From the human T2T-CHM13v2.0 reference genome, Homo sapiens: a stretch of 64,000 nucleotides of DNA. A program made the position numbers and the translations under genes. The stretch lies in the NCBI RefSeq assembly GCF_009914755.1, contig NC_060932.1. One strand, written 5' to 3'. The notes under the pieces are model-generated. The model was given only the letters and a program-made list of their open reading frames with translations. It was not told the DNA's origin and did no database searches. Of the stretch, positions 49,801 through 61,864 are shown piece after piece; the stretch's first letter is position 1; every line of letters begins with the position of its first letter.

Positions 49801-52800
49801 GGAACAGATGTGGGTTTTACAGGTTGGGCTGCAGATTGGGAACAGATGTGGGTTTTACAGGTTGGGCTGCAGATTGGGAACAGATGTGGGTTTTACAGGT
49901 TGGGCTGCAGATTGGGAACAGATGTGGGTTTTACAGGTTGGGCTGCAGATTGGGAACAGATGTGGGTTTTACAGGTTGGGCTGCAGATTGGGAACAGATG
50001 TGGGTTTTCCAGATTGGGCTGCAGATTGAGAACAGATGTGGGTTTTACAGGTTGGGCTGCAGATTGGGAACAGATGTGGGTTTTCCAGATTGGGCTGCAG
50101 ATTGGGAACAGATGTGGGTTTTACAGGTTGGGCTGCAGATTGGGAACAGATGTGGGTTTTACAGGTTGGGCTGCAGATTGGGAACAGATGTGGGTTTTCC
50201 AGATTGGGCTGCAGATTGGGAACAGATGTGGGTTTTACAGGTTGGGCTGCAGATTGGGAACAGATGTGGGTTTTACAGGTTGGGCTGCAGATTGGGAACA
50301 GATGTGGGTTTTACAGGTTGGGCTGCAGATTGGGAACAGATGTGGGTTTTACAGGTTGGGCTGCAGATTGGGAACAGATGTGGGTTTTCCAGGTTGGGCT
50401 GCAGATTGGGAACAGATGTGGGTTTTCCAGGTTGGGCTGCAGATTGGGAACAGATGTGGGTTTTACAGGTTGGGCTGCAGATTGGGAACAGATGTGGGTT
50501 TTACAGGTTGGGCTGCAGATTGGGAACAGATGTGGGTTTTACAGGTTGGGCTGCAGATTGGGAACAGATGTGGGTTTTACAGGTTGGGCTGCAGATTGGG
50601 AACAGATGTGGGTTTTCCAGATTGGGCTGCAGATTGGGAACAGATGTGGGTTTTCCAGATTGGGCTGCAGATTGGGAACAGATGTGGGTTTTACAGGTTG
50701 GGCTGCAGATTGGGAACAGATGTGGGTTTTACAGGTTGGGCTGCAGATTGGGAACAGATGTGGGTTTTCCAGGTTGGGCTGCAGATTGGGAACAGATGTG
50801 GGTTTTACAGGTTGGGCTGCAGATTGGGAACAGATGTGGGTTTTCCAGATTGGGCTGCAGATTGAGAACAGATGTGGGTTTTACAGGTTGGGCTGCAGAT
50901 TGGGAACAGATGTGGGTTTTCCAGATTGGGCTGCAGATTGGGAACAGATGTGGGTTTTACAGGTTGGGCTGCAGATTGGGAACAGATGTGGGTTTTACAG
51001 GTTGGGCTGCAGATTGGGAACAGATGTGGGTTTTCCAGATTGGGCTGCAGATTGGGAACAGATGTGGGTTTTACAGGTTGGGCTGCAGATTGGGAACAGA
51101 TGTGGGTTTTACAGGTTGGGCTGCAGATTGGGAACAGATGTGGGTTTTACAGGTTGGGCTGCAGATTGGGAACAGATGTGGGTTTTACAGGTTGGGCTGC
51201 AGATTGGGAACAGATGTGGGTTTTACAGGTTGGGCTGCAGATTGGGAACAGATGTGGGTTTTCCAGGTTGGGCTGCAGATTGGGAACAGATGTGGGTTTT
51301 ACAGGTTGGGCTGCAGATTGGGAACAGATGTGGGTTTTACAGGTTGGGCTGCAGATTGGGAACAGATGTGGGTTTTCCAGGTTGGGCTGCAGATTGGGAA
51401 CAGATGTGGGTTTTACAGGTTGGGCTGCAGATTGGGAACAGATGTGGGTTTTACAGGTTGGGCTGCAGATTGGGAACAGATGTGGGTTTTCCAGGTTGGG
51501 CTGCAGATTGGGAACAGATGTGGGTTTTACAGGTTGGGCTGCAGATTGGGAACAGATGTGGGTTTTCCAGATTGGGCTGCAGATTGGGAACAGATGTGGG
51601 TTTTCCAGATTGGGCTGCAGATTGGGAACAGATGTGGGTTTTACAGGTTGGGCTGCAGATTGGGAACAGATGTGGGTTTTACAGGTTGGGCTGCAGATTG
51701 GGAACAGATGTGGGTTTTACAGGTTGGGCTGCAGATTGGGAACAGATGTGGGTTTTACAGGTTGGGCTGCAGATTGGGAACAGATGTGGGTTTTCCAGAT
51801 TGGGCTGCAGATTGGGAACAGATGTGGGTTTTACAGGTTGGGTTGCAGATTGGGAACAGATGTGGGTTTTACAGGTTGGGCTGCAGATTGGGAACAGATG
51901 TGGGTTTTACAGGTTGGGCTGCAGATTGGGAACAGATGTGGGTTTTACAGGTTGGGCTGCAGATTGGGAACAGATGTGGGTTTTCCAGGTTGGGCTGCAG
52001 ATTGGGAACAGATGTGGGTTTTCCAGGTTGGGCTGCAGATTGGGAACAGATGTGGGTTTTCCAGGTTGGGCTGCAGATTGGGAACAGATGTGGGTTTTAC
52101 AGGTTGGGCTGCAGATTGGGAACAGATGTGGGTTTTACAGGTTGGGCTGCAGATTGGGAACAGATGTGGGTTTTACAGGTTGGGCTGCAGATTGGGAACA
52201 GATGTGGGTTTTCCAGATTGGGCTGCAGATTGGGAACAGATGTGGGTTTTACAGGTTGGGCTGCAGATTGGGAACAGATGCGGGTTTTACAGATTGGGCT
52301 GCAGATTGGGAACAGATGCGGGTTTTACAGATTGGGCTGCAGATTGGGAACAGATGCGGGTTTTACAGATTGGGCTGCAGATTGGGAACAGATGCGGGTT
52401 TTCCAGATTGGGCTGCAGATTGGGAACAGATGCGGGTTTTCCAGATTGGGCTGCAGATTGGGAACAGATGCGGGTTTTCCAGATTGGGCTGCAGATTGGG
52501 AACAGATGCGGGTTTTCCAGATTGGGCTGCAGATTGGGAACAGATGCGGGTTTTCCAGATTGGGCTGCAGATTGGGAACAGATGCGGGTTTTCCAGATTG
52601 GGCTGCAGATTGGGAACAGATGCGGGTTTTACAGATTGGGCTGCAGATTGGGAACAGATGCGGGTTTTACAGATTGGGCTGCAGATTGGGAACAGATGCG
52701 GGTTTTACAGATTGGGCTGCAGATTGGGAACAGATGCGGGTTTTACAGATTGGGCTGCAGATTGGGAACAGATGCGGGTTTTACAGATTGGGCTGCAGAT

Positions 52801-55800
52801 TGGGAACAGATGCGGGTTTTACAGATTGGGCTGCAGATTGGGAACAGATGCGGGTTTTACAGATTGGGCTGCAGATTGGGAACAGATGCGGGTTTTACAG
52901 ATTGGGCTGCAGATTGGGAACAGATGTGGGTTTTCCAGATTGGGCTGCAGATTGGGAACAGATGTGGGTTTTCCAGATTGGGCTGCAGATTGGGAACAGA
53001 TGTGGGTTTTACAGATTGGGCTGCAGATTGGGAACAGATGTGGGTTTTCCAGATTGGGCTGCAGATTGGGAACAGATGTGGGTTTTCCAGATTGGGCTGC
53101 AGATTGGGAACAGATGTGGGTTTTCCAGATTGGGCTGCAGATTGGGAACAGATGTGGGTTTTCCAGATTGGGCTGCAGATTGGGAACAGATGTGGGTTTT
53201 ACAGATTGGGCTGCAGATTGGGAACAGATGTGGGTTTTCCAGATTGGGCTGCAGATTGGGAACAGATGTGGGTTTTCCAGATTGGGCTGCAGATTGGGAA
53301 CAGATGCGGGTTTTCCAGATTGGGCTGCAGATTGGGAACAGATGCGGGTTTTCCAGATTGGGCTGCAGATTGGGAACAGATGTGGGTTTTCCAGATTGGG
53401 CTGCAGATTGGGAACAGATGCGGGTTTTACAGATTGGGCTGCAGATTGGGAACAGATGCGGGTTTTACAGATTGGGCTGCAGATTGGGAACAGATGCGGG
53501 TTTTACAGATTGGGCTGCAGATTGGGAACAGATGTGGGTTTTACAGATTGGGCTGCAGATTGGGAACAGATGCGGGTTTTACAGATTGGGCTGCAGATTG
53601 GGAACAGATGTGGGTTTTACACATTGGGCTGCAGATTGGGAACAGATGCGGGTTTTCCAGATTGGGCTGCAGATTGGGAACAGATGCGGGTTTTCCAGAT
53701 TGGGCTGCAGATTGGGAACAGATGCGGGTTTTACAGATTGGGCTGCAGATTGGGAACAGATGCGGGTTTTCCAGATTGGGCTGCAGATTGGGAACAGATG
53801 TGGGTTTTCCAGATTGGGCTGCAGATTGGGAACAGATGTGGGTTTTCCAGATTGGGCTGCAGATTGGGAACAGATGTGGGTTTTACAGATTGGGCTGCAG
53901 ATTGGGAACAGATGTGGGTTTTCCAGATTGGGCTGCAGATTGGGAACAGATGTGGGTTTTCCAGATTGGGCTGCAGATTGGGAACAGATGTGGGTTTTCC
54001 AGATTGGGCTGCAGATTGGGAACAGATGTGGGTTTTCCAGATTGGGCTGCAGATTGGGAACAGATGTGGGTTTTCCAGATTGGGCTGCAGATTGGGAACA
54101 GATGTGGGTTTTCCAGATTGGGCTGCAGATTGGGAACAGATGCGGGTTTTCCAGATTGGGCTGCAGATTGGGAACAGATGCGGGTTTTCCAGATTGGGCT
54201 GCAGATTGGGAACAGATGCGGGTTTTCCAGATTGGGCTGCAGATTGGGAACAGATGCGGGTTTTCCAGATTGGGCTGCAGATTGGGAACAGATGCGGGTT
54301 TTCCAGATTGGGCTGCAGATTGGGAACAGATGCGGGTTTTCCAGATTGGGCTGCAGATTGGGAACAGATGCGGGTTTTCCAGATTGGGCTGCAGATTGGG
54401 AACAGATGCGGGTTTTCCAGATTGGGCTGCAGATTGGGAACAGATGCGGGTTTTACAGATTGGGCTGCAGATTGGGAACAGATGTGGGTTTTACAGATTG
54501 GGCTGCAGATTGGGAACAGATGCGGGTTTTACAGATTGGGCTGCAGACTGGGAACAGATGTGGGTTTTACAGATTGGGCTGCAGACTGGGAACAGATGTG
54601 AGTTTTACAGATTGGGCTGCAGACTGGGAACAGATGGGGGTTTTACAGATTGGGCTGCAGACTGGGAACAGATGTGGGTTTTACTGGTTGGGCTGCAGAT
54701 TGGGAACAGATGTGGGTTTTCCAGATTGGGCTGCAGATTGGGAACAGATGTGGGTTTTACAGATTGGGCTGCAGATTGGGAACAGATGTGGGTTTTACAG
54801 ATTGGGCTGCAGATTGGGAACAGATGTGGGTTTTACAGATTGGGCTGCAGATTGGGAACAGATGTGGGTTTTACACATTGGGTTGCAGATTGGGAACCGA
54901 TGTGGGTTTTACAGATTGGGCTGCAGATTGGGAACAGATGTGGGTTTTCCAGATTGGGCTGCAGATTGGGAACAGATGCGGGTTTTCCAGATTGGGCTGC
55001 AGATTGGGAACAGATGCGGGTTTTCCAGATTGGGCTGCAGATTGGGAACAGATGCGGGTTTTCCAGATTGGGCTGCAGATTGGGAACAGATGCGGGTTTT
55101 ACAGATTGGGCTGCAGATTGCGAACAGATGCGGGTTTTACAGATTGGGCTGCAGATTGGGAACAGATGTGGGTTTTCCAGACTGGGCTGCAGATTGGGAA
55201 CAGATGTGGGTTTTCCAGACTGGGCTGCAGATTGGGAACAGATGTGGGTTTTCCAGACTGGGCTGCAGATTGGGAACAGATGCGGGTTTTCCAGACTGGG
55301 CTGCAGATTCGGAACAGATGCGGGTTTTACAGACTGGGCTGCAGATTGGGAACAGATGTGGGTTTTCCAGACTGGGCTGCAGATTGGGAACAGATGCGGG
55401 TTTTACAGACTGGGCTGCAGATTGGGAACAGATGCGGGTTTTACAGATTGGGCTGCAGATTGGGAACAGATGCGGGTTTTACAGATTGGGCTGCAGATTG
55501 GGAACAGATGCGGGTTTTACAGATTGGGCTGCAGATTGGGAACAGATGCGGGTTTTACAGATTGGGCTGCAGATTGGGAACAGATGCGGGTTTTACAGAT
55601 TGGGCTGCAGATTGGGAACAGATGCGGGTTTTAGAGATTGGGCTGCAGATTGGGAACAGATGTGGGTTTTACAGATTGGGCTGCAGATTGGGAACAGATG
55701 TGGGTTTTACAGATTGGGCTGCAGATTGGGAACAGATGTGGGTTTTACAGATTGGGCTGCAGATTAGGAAGAGATGTGGGTTTTACAGATTGGGCTGCAG

Positions 55801-56010
55801 ATTGGGAACAGATGTGGGTTTTACAGATTGGGCTGCAGATTGGGAACAGATGTGGGTTTTACAGATTGGGCTGCAGATTGGGAACAGATGTGGGTTTTAC
55901 AGATTGGGCTGCAGATTGGGAACAGATGTGGGTTTTCCAGATTGGGCTGCAGATTGGGAACAGATGTGGGTTTTGCAGATTGGGCTGCAGATTGGGAACA
56001 GATGTGGGTT
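49801..56010. repeat. Large VNTR: 163 full 38-bp units plus a partial unit
   Basis: Unit ggaacagatgYgggttttMcagRttgggctgcagattg. The first unit starts at 49801 and the last (partial) at 55995, a difference of 6194 = 163 x 38. Confidence 0.99.
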
Positions 56011-56169
56011 ACAGATTGGGTTATAGATTGGGAGTGGCAGGAAGGTTGTTTGCTGTAAAGTGGAACCTTTGAAGAGGAACTCACTGTATCTAACAAATGT
56101 AAATCCAATTATGTCGAGTCTACTTCAAAACTTCCTGCCAGGTGTGGTGGCTCACACCTGTAATCCCAG

Positions 56170-56664
56170 GAAGTGGGCACGTTTTCCATGGCCAGAGCAG
56201 GAGGAGGAGAGGAGTGGGGAGGTGCCACATACTTTTTTTTTTTAATTCTCCAATTTAAAACTTTTAGTTAAAAAGTAAACTTTAATGTTGAAAATGCAAA
56301 CTTGGGGCAGGTAGAAAGATTACACACAAGGCTATCACTTCACATTTGGAGGGTTGCACAGCAGCCGGGCAAAGGCGCTCCTCACTTCCTAGACAGTCGG
56401 GGGACCCGGGCAGAGACGCTCCTCACTTCCCAGACAGTGGGGGTACCCGGGCAGAGGTGCCCCTCACTTCCCAGACGATGCCGAGGCTGGGGTGCCACAT
56501 ACTTTTAACAGACCAGATCTCAAGAGAACTCACTATCACCAGAAGGGCACCAAGTGGGAAATCCGCCCACATGATCCAATCACCTCCCACCAGACCCCAC
56601 CTCCAGCATTGAGGATGACAGTTGACATGGGATTTGGGTGGGGACACAGACCCAAACCATATCA
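56170..56664 (-). mobile_element. MSTA/B-like LTR fragment (host of the SVA2 insertion)
   Basis: 'catggccagagcaggagga...ggtgccacatactttt...ccagatctc..gagaactcactatcac...catgatccaatcacctcccaccagaccccacctcc...cccaaaccatatca'. Confidence 0.85.
56237..56490 (-). mobile_element. SVA2-type retroposon (SVA VNTR units plus a unique 3' end and poly-A), 5'-truncated
   Basis: Three SVA-VNTR units 'ccgggcagagacgctcctcacttcccagac', then the non-SINE-R tail 'gctgtgcaaccctccaaatgtgaagtga..gccttgtgtgt' on the minus strand, then poly-A. 16-bp TSD GGTGCCACATACTTTT at 56221-56236 and 56491-56506. Confidence 0.85.
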
Positions 56665-56793
56665 CTCCTGAAGAGCTAGGACTACAGGAATGCTATACCT
56701 GGCTAATTGTTTTTCTTTTTTTCGTTTGTTTGTGTTTTTTTTTTTTTCGATGGAGTCTCACTCTGTTGCCAAGGCTGGAGTGCAGTGGTGTGA

Positions 56794-57123
<330 letters not shown>

Positions 57124-59797
57124 TGACCAGGCAAGTGTCAAACTAACTCCTGGCTTCAAATGATCCTCCTGCCTCAGTCTCCTAAAGCACTAGTATTAAA
57201 GCTGTGAGCCATCATGGTTAGCCTGTTTTTATATCTGGGAACTGTTGCTGTACAAAAATCAAATATGGGGTTGGAGTGGTTCACATCTATAATCCCAGCA
57301 CTTCAGAAGGCTGAGGTGGGATGATTGCTTGAGTCTAGGAGTTTGATACCAGCCTGGACAACAGGAAGTCTAGGCTGCAGTGAGCTGTGTCGGGCTGCTG
57401 CACCCCAGCCTGGGCAACAGAGCAAGCCCTTGCCTCAAAAAAAGAAATCAAATATGAAGACTAAGAGTTTTAGGATTTGGTGTTAAGAGGTTTTGTTTTG
57501 CGTTGTTTTGAATTTTTGTGGGCACATAGTAGGCGTACGTATTTATGGGGTACATGTTTTTGTTTCTTTTTTTTTTTTTTTTGAGACAGAGTCTCACTCT
57601 GTCACCCAGGCCGGAGTGCAGTGGCGTGATTTCAGTCCACTGCAAGCTCCGCCTCTCAGGTTCAAGTGATTCTCCTGCCTCAGCCCCTGAGTAGCTGGGA
57701 CTACAGACGAGCACCGCCACACTTGGCTAATTTTTGCATTTTTAGTACAGACGGGGTTTCATCATGTTGGCCAGGCTGGTCTCGAACTCCGGGCCTCAAG
57801 TGATCCACCTGCCTCAGCCTCCCATGGGGTATACGTTTTGATACAGGCGTGCAAAGTGTAATAGTCACATCATGGATAGTGGGGTATCCATCCCCTCAAG
57901 CATTTATCCTTTGCATTACAAACAATCCGATTATACTCTGTTACTTTAAAATGTACAATTAAATTATTATTGAATATAGTCACCCTGTTGTGCTATCAAA
58001 TACTAGGTCTTATTCTTTCTAATTTTTTTGTACCCATTAGTTAAGGGTTTTTTTTTTTTTTTGAGACAGAGTTTCACTCTTGTCACTCAGGCTGGAGTGC
58101 AGTGGTGAGATCTCGGCTCACTGCAACCTCTGCCTCCTGGGTTGAAGCGATTCTCCTGCCTCAGCCTCCTGAGTAGCTGTGATTACAGGTGCACGCCACC
58201 ATGCCCGACGAATTTTTGTATTTTTAGTAGAGACAGGATTTCACCATGTTGGCCAGGGTGGTCTTGAACTCCTGACCTCAGGTGATCCACCCACCTCGGC
58301 CTCCTGAACTGCTGGGATTATGAGACTTACGGTTTACGAAAGGGGTGCGATGGGCCTTCTGTGTGGTGTCCGCATCCTCTCCTAGCTGGTTTCGGGAGAG
58401 TGCCGGCCCTCTGGGGCCTCTCTCCCTGGCTCGCCCTTTAGAAGGGGTTCACATAGTTAGAACCTTAGCAGTAAAGGTAACCTGTGCCTTGCGCAGGGCG
58501 GGGGACCTGGTGGGGACCCCAGAGGCAATGGTGTCAGCCCCGGTTATGGACTGGCGTCACTTGCGGCAGCCAGGTCCCACATGCACCCACCCTAATTTAA
58601 TTAGACCGGGCAGCTAGGCAGGAACACGTTTATTTATTTTTAATTAAGCTTTTTGTGATAATTTTAGATTTGCATGCAGCTGTAAGGTGTTTTACAGAGA
58701 GATGCTGGGCACCCTTTACCTCCCTCAGTGGTAGCACCTGGAACCCTGCAGTGCACACAGCTGGGGTATTGATGTTCACAGAGTCAGGATATGGTCCTCA
58801 CCCTTCCACAGCCACACCCACTCCCTCCCTCCAACCCTCCTTCAGGGCTGGCAACCATTCATCTGTTCTGTCCATTTCTGTAATTCTTTTTTCTTTTCTT
58901 GTCCTTTCCTTTTCTTTTCTTTTTTTCTCCTTCCTTCCTCCCTTCCTTCCTTCCTTCCCTCCCCTCTCTCTTTCTCTCTTTCTTTCTTTTTCTTTTCTTT
59001 CTTTTTTTTTGACAGTCTTGTTCTGTTGCCCAGGCTGGAGTGCAGTGGCGCGATCTTAGCTCACTGCAACCTCCACCTTTCAGGTTCAAGAGATTTTCCC
59101 AAGCCTCCCAAGTAGCTGGGATTACAGGCATGCACCATGCCTGGCTAATTTTTGTATTCTTAGTAGAGACGAGGTTTCACCATGTTGGCCAGGCTGGTCT
59201 GGAACTCCTGACCTCAGGTGATCCGCCTACCTCGCTTAGCCTCCCAAAGTGCTGGGATTACAGGCATGAGCCACAGTGCCTGGCCCATTTCTGTAATTCC
59301 ATCTTTTCAAGAATGTCCTGTGAATGGAATCATATACAGTATATATGGAATTGTTCTATTGAGGCCCAGTGTCACCAGTACCCATGGATATACAATCTCC
59401 TGGTGGGGCCAGGGTGCACCATGGCTCATGCCTGTAATCCCAGCACTTGGGGAGGCCAAGGTTGGAGGATTGCTTGAGGTCAGGAATTTCAGATCAGCCT
59501 GGGCACCATATTGAGACCTGTCTCTACAAAAAATTTTGAAAAGTTAGCCAGGTGTGGTGATGCACTCCTGCAGGCCCAGCTACGTGGTGGGCTCAGGCGG
59601 GAGGATGGCTTCAGCCCACGAGGTAGAGGTTACAGTGGCTGTTGCTGGGAAAGTGTGATACATGCAAGAGAATGAAGTTGGACCCTCGTCAGTACCACAT
59701 ACAAAAATTAACTAGAAATGGATCATGCTGGGCACCGTGGCTTGCACCGCTTGTACCTGTAATCCCAGCACTTTGGGAGGCTGAGGAGAGTGGATCA

Positions 59798-60311
<514 letters not shown>

Positions 60312-60339
60312 TCATATCCAAAATATCGAAGGAACTCCT

Positions 60340-60738
60340 TGTGGAGGCCAAAGCCGCTCCAGCCTGGATGGTGACTATTGTGTGGGCTTTCGACTAACCC
60401 GTCCAGGGAAGGCCTCCGACGTTTCCAGGTGATCTGTTGTTCCTTGTGTAAGGGCAGGCACTTGCTATAAACCCTGCCGCAGGGTCAGACGGCCCTGATG
60501 CCGCCCATTGTCCTGCACTTCCCTCCCAACCCTCCCCGTGGTACACAAGCCCTGGGCGGGGGCAATGGTGGGATCCAGTATCTCCTCTTGCCGCTGCCAA
60601 GACAGACACGGCTTCTTTTTCTAAGTCCCTGTTAAGTGTTTCTTTCTAAGAAACTGGGTTTGTTAGCCTTTTTCTTTGACCTCTCAGCTTCCTCGGACTT
60701 TGGAGACAGGTTTACATAGACCTACTTACCATGGAACA
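60340..60738 (+). mobile_element. Solo LTR, LTR47-like (ERVL)
   Basis: TGTGGAGGC...GGAACA termini, near-perfect 5-bp TSD ctcct/ctcca and a TATAAA-like 'ctataaa'. The L1 text resumes after it. Confidence 0.65.
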
Positions 60739-60792
60739 CTCCAGAAAACGACTCCCCAAAAACAACCTGATTCAAAAATAGGCAAAGGACTA

Positions 60793-61240
<448 letters not shown>

Positions 61241-61389
61241 TTAAAATAACAAAACAAACACAAAACAGAAACAACTTAAAACAGAAAAATAACAGGTATT
61301 GGCAAGGCTGTGGAGAAGCTAGAACCCTGTGTGCTGCTGTTTGGAATGTAAAATAGTACATAGTACACCTCCTAAGGAGAGCAGCATGG

Positions 61390-61487
61390 CGGGTCCTCGG
61401 CGTGTGGTGCCTGGAGTGACGTCGGGTCCTCGGCGTGTGGTGCCTGGAGTGACCGGCGGGTCCTCGGCGTGTGGTGCCTGGAGTGAC
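61390..61487. repeat. Short tandem repeat, 3 x 33-34 bp, inside L1
   Basis: Three copies of cgggtcctcggcgtgtggtgcctggagtgac. Confidence 0.95.
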
Positions 61488-61864
61488 CTTGTGACCTGGC
61501 CATTCCACTTCTGGGCATATTCCCAGAGCTGTGAAAGCAGGCACTCACGCAGACGTTTGCACCCCTACGTTCACAGCAGCACCATTCCCAGCGGCTCAAG
61601 AGTCCGTCAATGGACAAATGGATACACCGAATGTGGTATGGACACACAGCAGAATATTAGCCTTAAAGAAGAAGTCAATTCTGACACACGCTTCAAGAGG
61701 GATGAACCTTGAGGACATTGTGCTGAGTGAGATAATCAGTCACAAGAGGACCAATACTGTGTGTGATTCCATTTCTACGAGGTATCCACAGTAGCCAGAT
61801 TCATAGAAACAAAGTAGAACGGTGGTTTCTAGGGCTGCAGAAGAGGGGAATGGAGAATACTAGA

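Noticed and set aside
49801-56010. CRISPR-like appearance of a regular 38-bp repeat
   Set aside because: The units are head-to-tail with no unique spacers, there are no cas genes and the context is a primate genome.
49810-56072. ORFs of 1936, 1631 and 1521 aa on the + strand
   Set aside because: The common 38-bp units have no stop in any + frame, so all three frames give the same 38-aa cycle. There is no codon-level constraint, domain or gene structure. This is a repeat artefact.
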